Below, piece by piece: positions 61,713 to 64,000 of a stretch of DNA of 64,000 nucleotides. The notes below the pieces were generated by a model. That model had not been told where the DNA came from. It saw nothing but the letters and a program-made list of their open reading frames with translations, and searched no databases. The translations under genes and the position numbers were made by a program. The stretch spans positions 16,308,001 to 16,372,000 of the forward strand of contig CM059433.1 of the NCBI GenBank assembly GCA_030390025.1, read 5' to 3'. Positions within the stretch are counted from its first letter, which is position 1, and the number at the start of each line of letters is the position of its first letter. Source of the stretch: Squalus acanthias (Eukaryota).

Positions 61713-63479
61713 TTATTCCGAGTCATCTGGTTCATCAGAAATATCCGTGCCAGTTGGGTCATCAGGATCATGCAGTTCTACAGATGCCACAGATTCTTCA
61801 GGCACTTCCGCTGCTGCGACTCTTTTGGAAGCTTTCTTAAACATGTTGCGGATGTCGGTTTGCTTAGTGGACTCTTGCCTTTTCTGTAGAAAGGTGGAAT
61901 GCAGAATATGGAGTTGCATAACTTCTTGGGCAGAGTAGCAAGTCTGCCTTTCAGCAAATTTGAGGATTGAAGAAAATCCTTCTGCAGCTTTAGCCCAAGA
62001 AATCTTCTCTTCTTCAGAAATATCATCCTCTTCACTTTCCATCTCACTTTCCTTTTCTTTCTTTGGATTCAAAACATTCTCAATTATTTCATCATCACTT
62101 AGTATATGCACAACACCAACTTCTCTATCTGCAGCAACCCACTGCTCGATATCACTTTCACTGAGGTGATGTAGAGGGTTTGCTGGGCCTGCATTTTTCA
62201 CCATGCCAGCCATTTCCATTATTGTACTCTTCTTGGGACGAACATTGAACCCATGAAATTCCTCCTCTGAAGAAGAACCTTCAGCAAACATTACAGAAGG
62301 CCACAATTTGCGCCAGGCTTGCCTCAGAGTGTGACCTTTCACCAAGTTCCAGGAACATGCAACATTATAGATGGCATCTTTAATATTGTATTCCTTCTGA
62401 AATTCTTGAATATTGTCATCTTGGCTTATCAGTTTAGGTAGGAAGTCTTTCTTGTAATGACACTTCAGATTTTGGATAACGCCCTGGTCCATGGGTTGGA
62501 TGAGAGAAGTTACATTTGGTGGCAAATAAATGGTGAAAATATTTCCCGAAACCAACTCGGATTCATGCGGATGGGCTCTACAATTATCAAGCAATAAAAT
62601 GCATTTGCTATCTTCAGGTTTCCCTATTTTGCGGAAATGTTCCCTCACAGATGGAACAAAAATATGATGGAACCAATCGGAGAAGATTTCCTTATCCATC
62701 CAAGCATTTTTTTGAGCTTTGTACTCAACAGGTAAGTGCCTCACATTTTTAAATGCACGGGGATTTTTATACTTCCCGATAACAAGAAGTTTAACCCGGT
62801 GTGATCCAGCGGCGTTCGCACATGTTAGCACGGTTACACGATCTTTGTTTTTCTTGTAACCTGAAGCATTAGCCTCACTAGCCCCAGCAAGCGTTGATTC
62901 TGGCAAAACCCTCCAAAACTAGCCAGTTTCATCGGCATTGTATAACTGTGCTGGCGACAAATCATGTTGCTGCACAATCCGATTGAAATAATCGCAGTAT
63001 TCTTCTGCGGCATCGTGATCAGCTGATTTCTTCTCCCCGGAAATATCGAGTCGTCGTATCCCGTGCCGTAACTTGAAGCACGTTAGCCATCCCTCAGAGA
63101 AAGCACACTTGTCAGTGAGCTCCATCCTTTCGTAGAAATCCTTCACTTTCTCGATTAGCATGGGTCCGGAAATTGGAACACCCTCTGAACGCATAAGAGA
63201 AAACCATTCATAAAGTACGGTAGCCAGCTCTTCAAGCTTAGGCTTACGAAGCGTACGCCGTTTCTCTACACTCTCAGATGTCTCCGAGCTTGAATAAAAC
63301 TTGAGCAGCTTATCCTTCTGCGATTTGATGTCGTAGATTGTTGACGAACCGATTTTGAATTCATTCATAATGTTGATACGCTTCTCTCCCCTTTCTAGTC
63401 GTTGGCATATCTCGATTTTCTGTTTTAAAGTTAAGACCACTCTCTTCCTTTTGCTTGGACCAGCTTTTGGGAATTCCAT
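61713..63479 (-). pseudogene. Tigger transposase (CENP-B-type HTH + DDE_1, DD32D) with one in-frame stop
   Basis: [62 protein letters not shown]. The two listed ORFs are in frame, split by TAG at 62919-62921. Confidence 0.95.
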
Positions 63480-63543
63480 AATGCAAGATGGAGGAGATAA
63501 TTGCCGCTGAAGATGGAAAGACACACAGAACAATGGTGGCTAG

Positions 63544-63710
63544 GAAGAGACTACCAGCAGCGTGGCAGACACACAGTAAAATGGTGTATCAGAAGAGACT
63601 ACCAGCAGCGTGGCAGACACACAGTAAAATGGTGTATCAGAAGAGACTACCAGCAGCGTGGGAGACACACAGCAAAATGGCCGATCAGAAGAGACTCCTG
63701 GCAGCGCAGG
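63544..63710. repeat. 48-bp tandem repeat (about 3.5 units) upstream of the transposase
   Basis: GAAGAGACT... recurs at 63544, 63592, 63640 and 63688. Confidence 0.92.
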
Positions 63711-64000
63711 AGAATCAGACTCCTGCTACTGCAGTGTTCGGACTTCCGACAGCGCCAGGAGGCCGAGTAGTGGCACTTTTGAAAACTAACCCTACTGACT
63801 AAATCGGCGTTCGCGGGCTTGGGCTCGGACTCGGCAACATTGCCGGTTATTTGAGAGGAGTTTTCGGAGTACTCGGCGTTCGCGGGAGACTCGGACTGCG
63901 ACTCGGCAACATTGCCGGTTATTTGAGAGGAGTTTTCGGAGGATGATTTTTGCCAGGTTAAGCGAGAATTCCGGATATTTAGGTGCCGGTTAATAAAGAG

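Larger units (their letters stand above)
61409..64000 (-). mobile_element. Full-length Tigger/pogo DNA transposon (second TIR runs about 7 nt past the window end)
   Basis: ta-CAGGAAACTCTTTATTAACCGGCAC at 61409 and GTGCCGGTTAATAAAGAG at the window end, enclosing a transposase. Confidence 0.95.

Noticed and set aside
62919..62921. Programmed stop read-through in the transposase
   Set aside because: The position is the conserved Leu of DETGL, so a single TTG to TAG mutation is the simpler explanation.
61713..63479. Domesticated TIGD/JRKL host gene
   Set aside because: It is flanked by intact TIRs with TA, has cognate MITEs and carries a nonsense codon, all indicating a transposon copy.
63544..63710. 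CRISPR-like array or repeat protein (ORFs 63488..63802, 63501..63770)
   Set aside because: Head-to-tail 48-bp repeats without unique spacers, no cas genes, and located inside a eukaryotic transposon.

Overview
Repeat-dense vertebrate genomic DNA, most likely from a cartilaginous fish. This is inferred from the mix of CR1/L2 LINEs, Deu-type and LF-SINE-like SINEs, Penelope-type termini and Harbinger MITEs. The likely host content is the 3' end of a + strand gene (three short candidate exons at 3601, 5557 and 13979, poly(A) signal at 14300) and a possible - strand terminal exon at 54400-54680. Mobile elements include a nearly intact Tigger/pogo transposon with two cognate MITEs, an internally deleted ERV with an open short env, an integrase-deleted Gypsy element, Harbinger transposase relics with many GGG/GGCC-ended MITEs, and Penelope-like hairpins carrying hammerhead ribozyme motifs. 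The most unusual signal is an ORF1-less APE-RT LINE family. One copy starts with a tRNA-derived Pol III head (A/B boxes), and the family's sense strand is depleted of TTTT terminators, suggesting a Pol III-transcribed protein-coding retrotransposon. All family names come from motif recognition; no database search was run.
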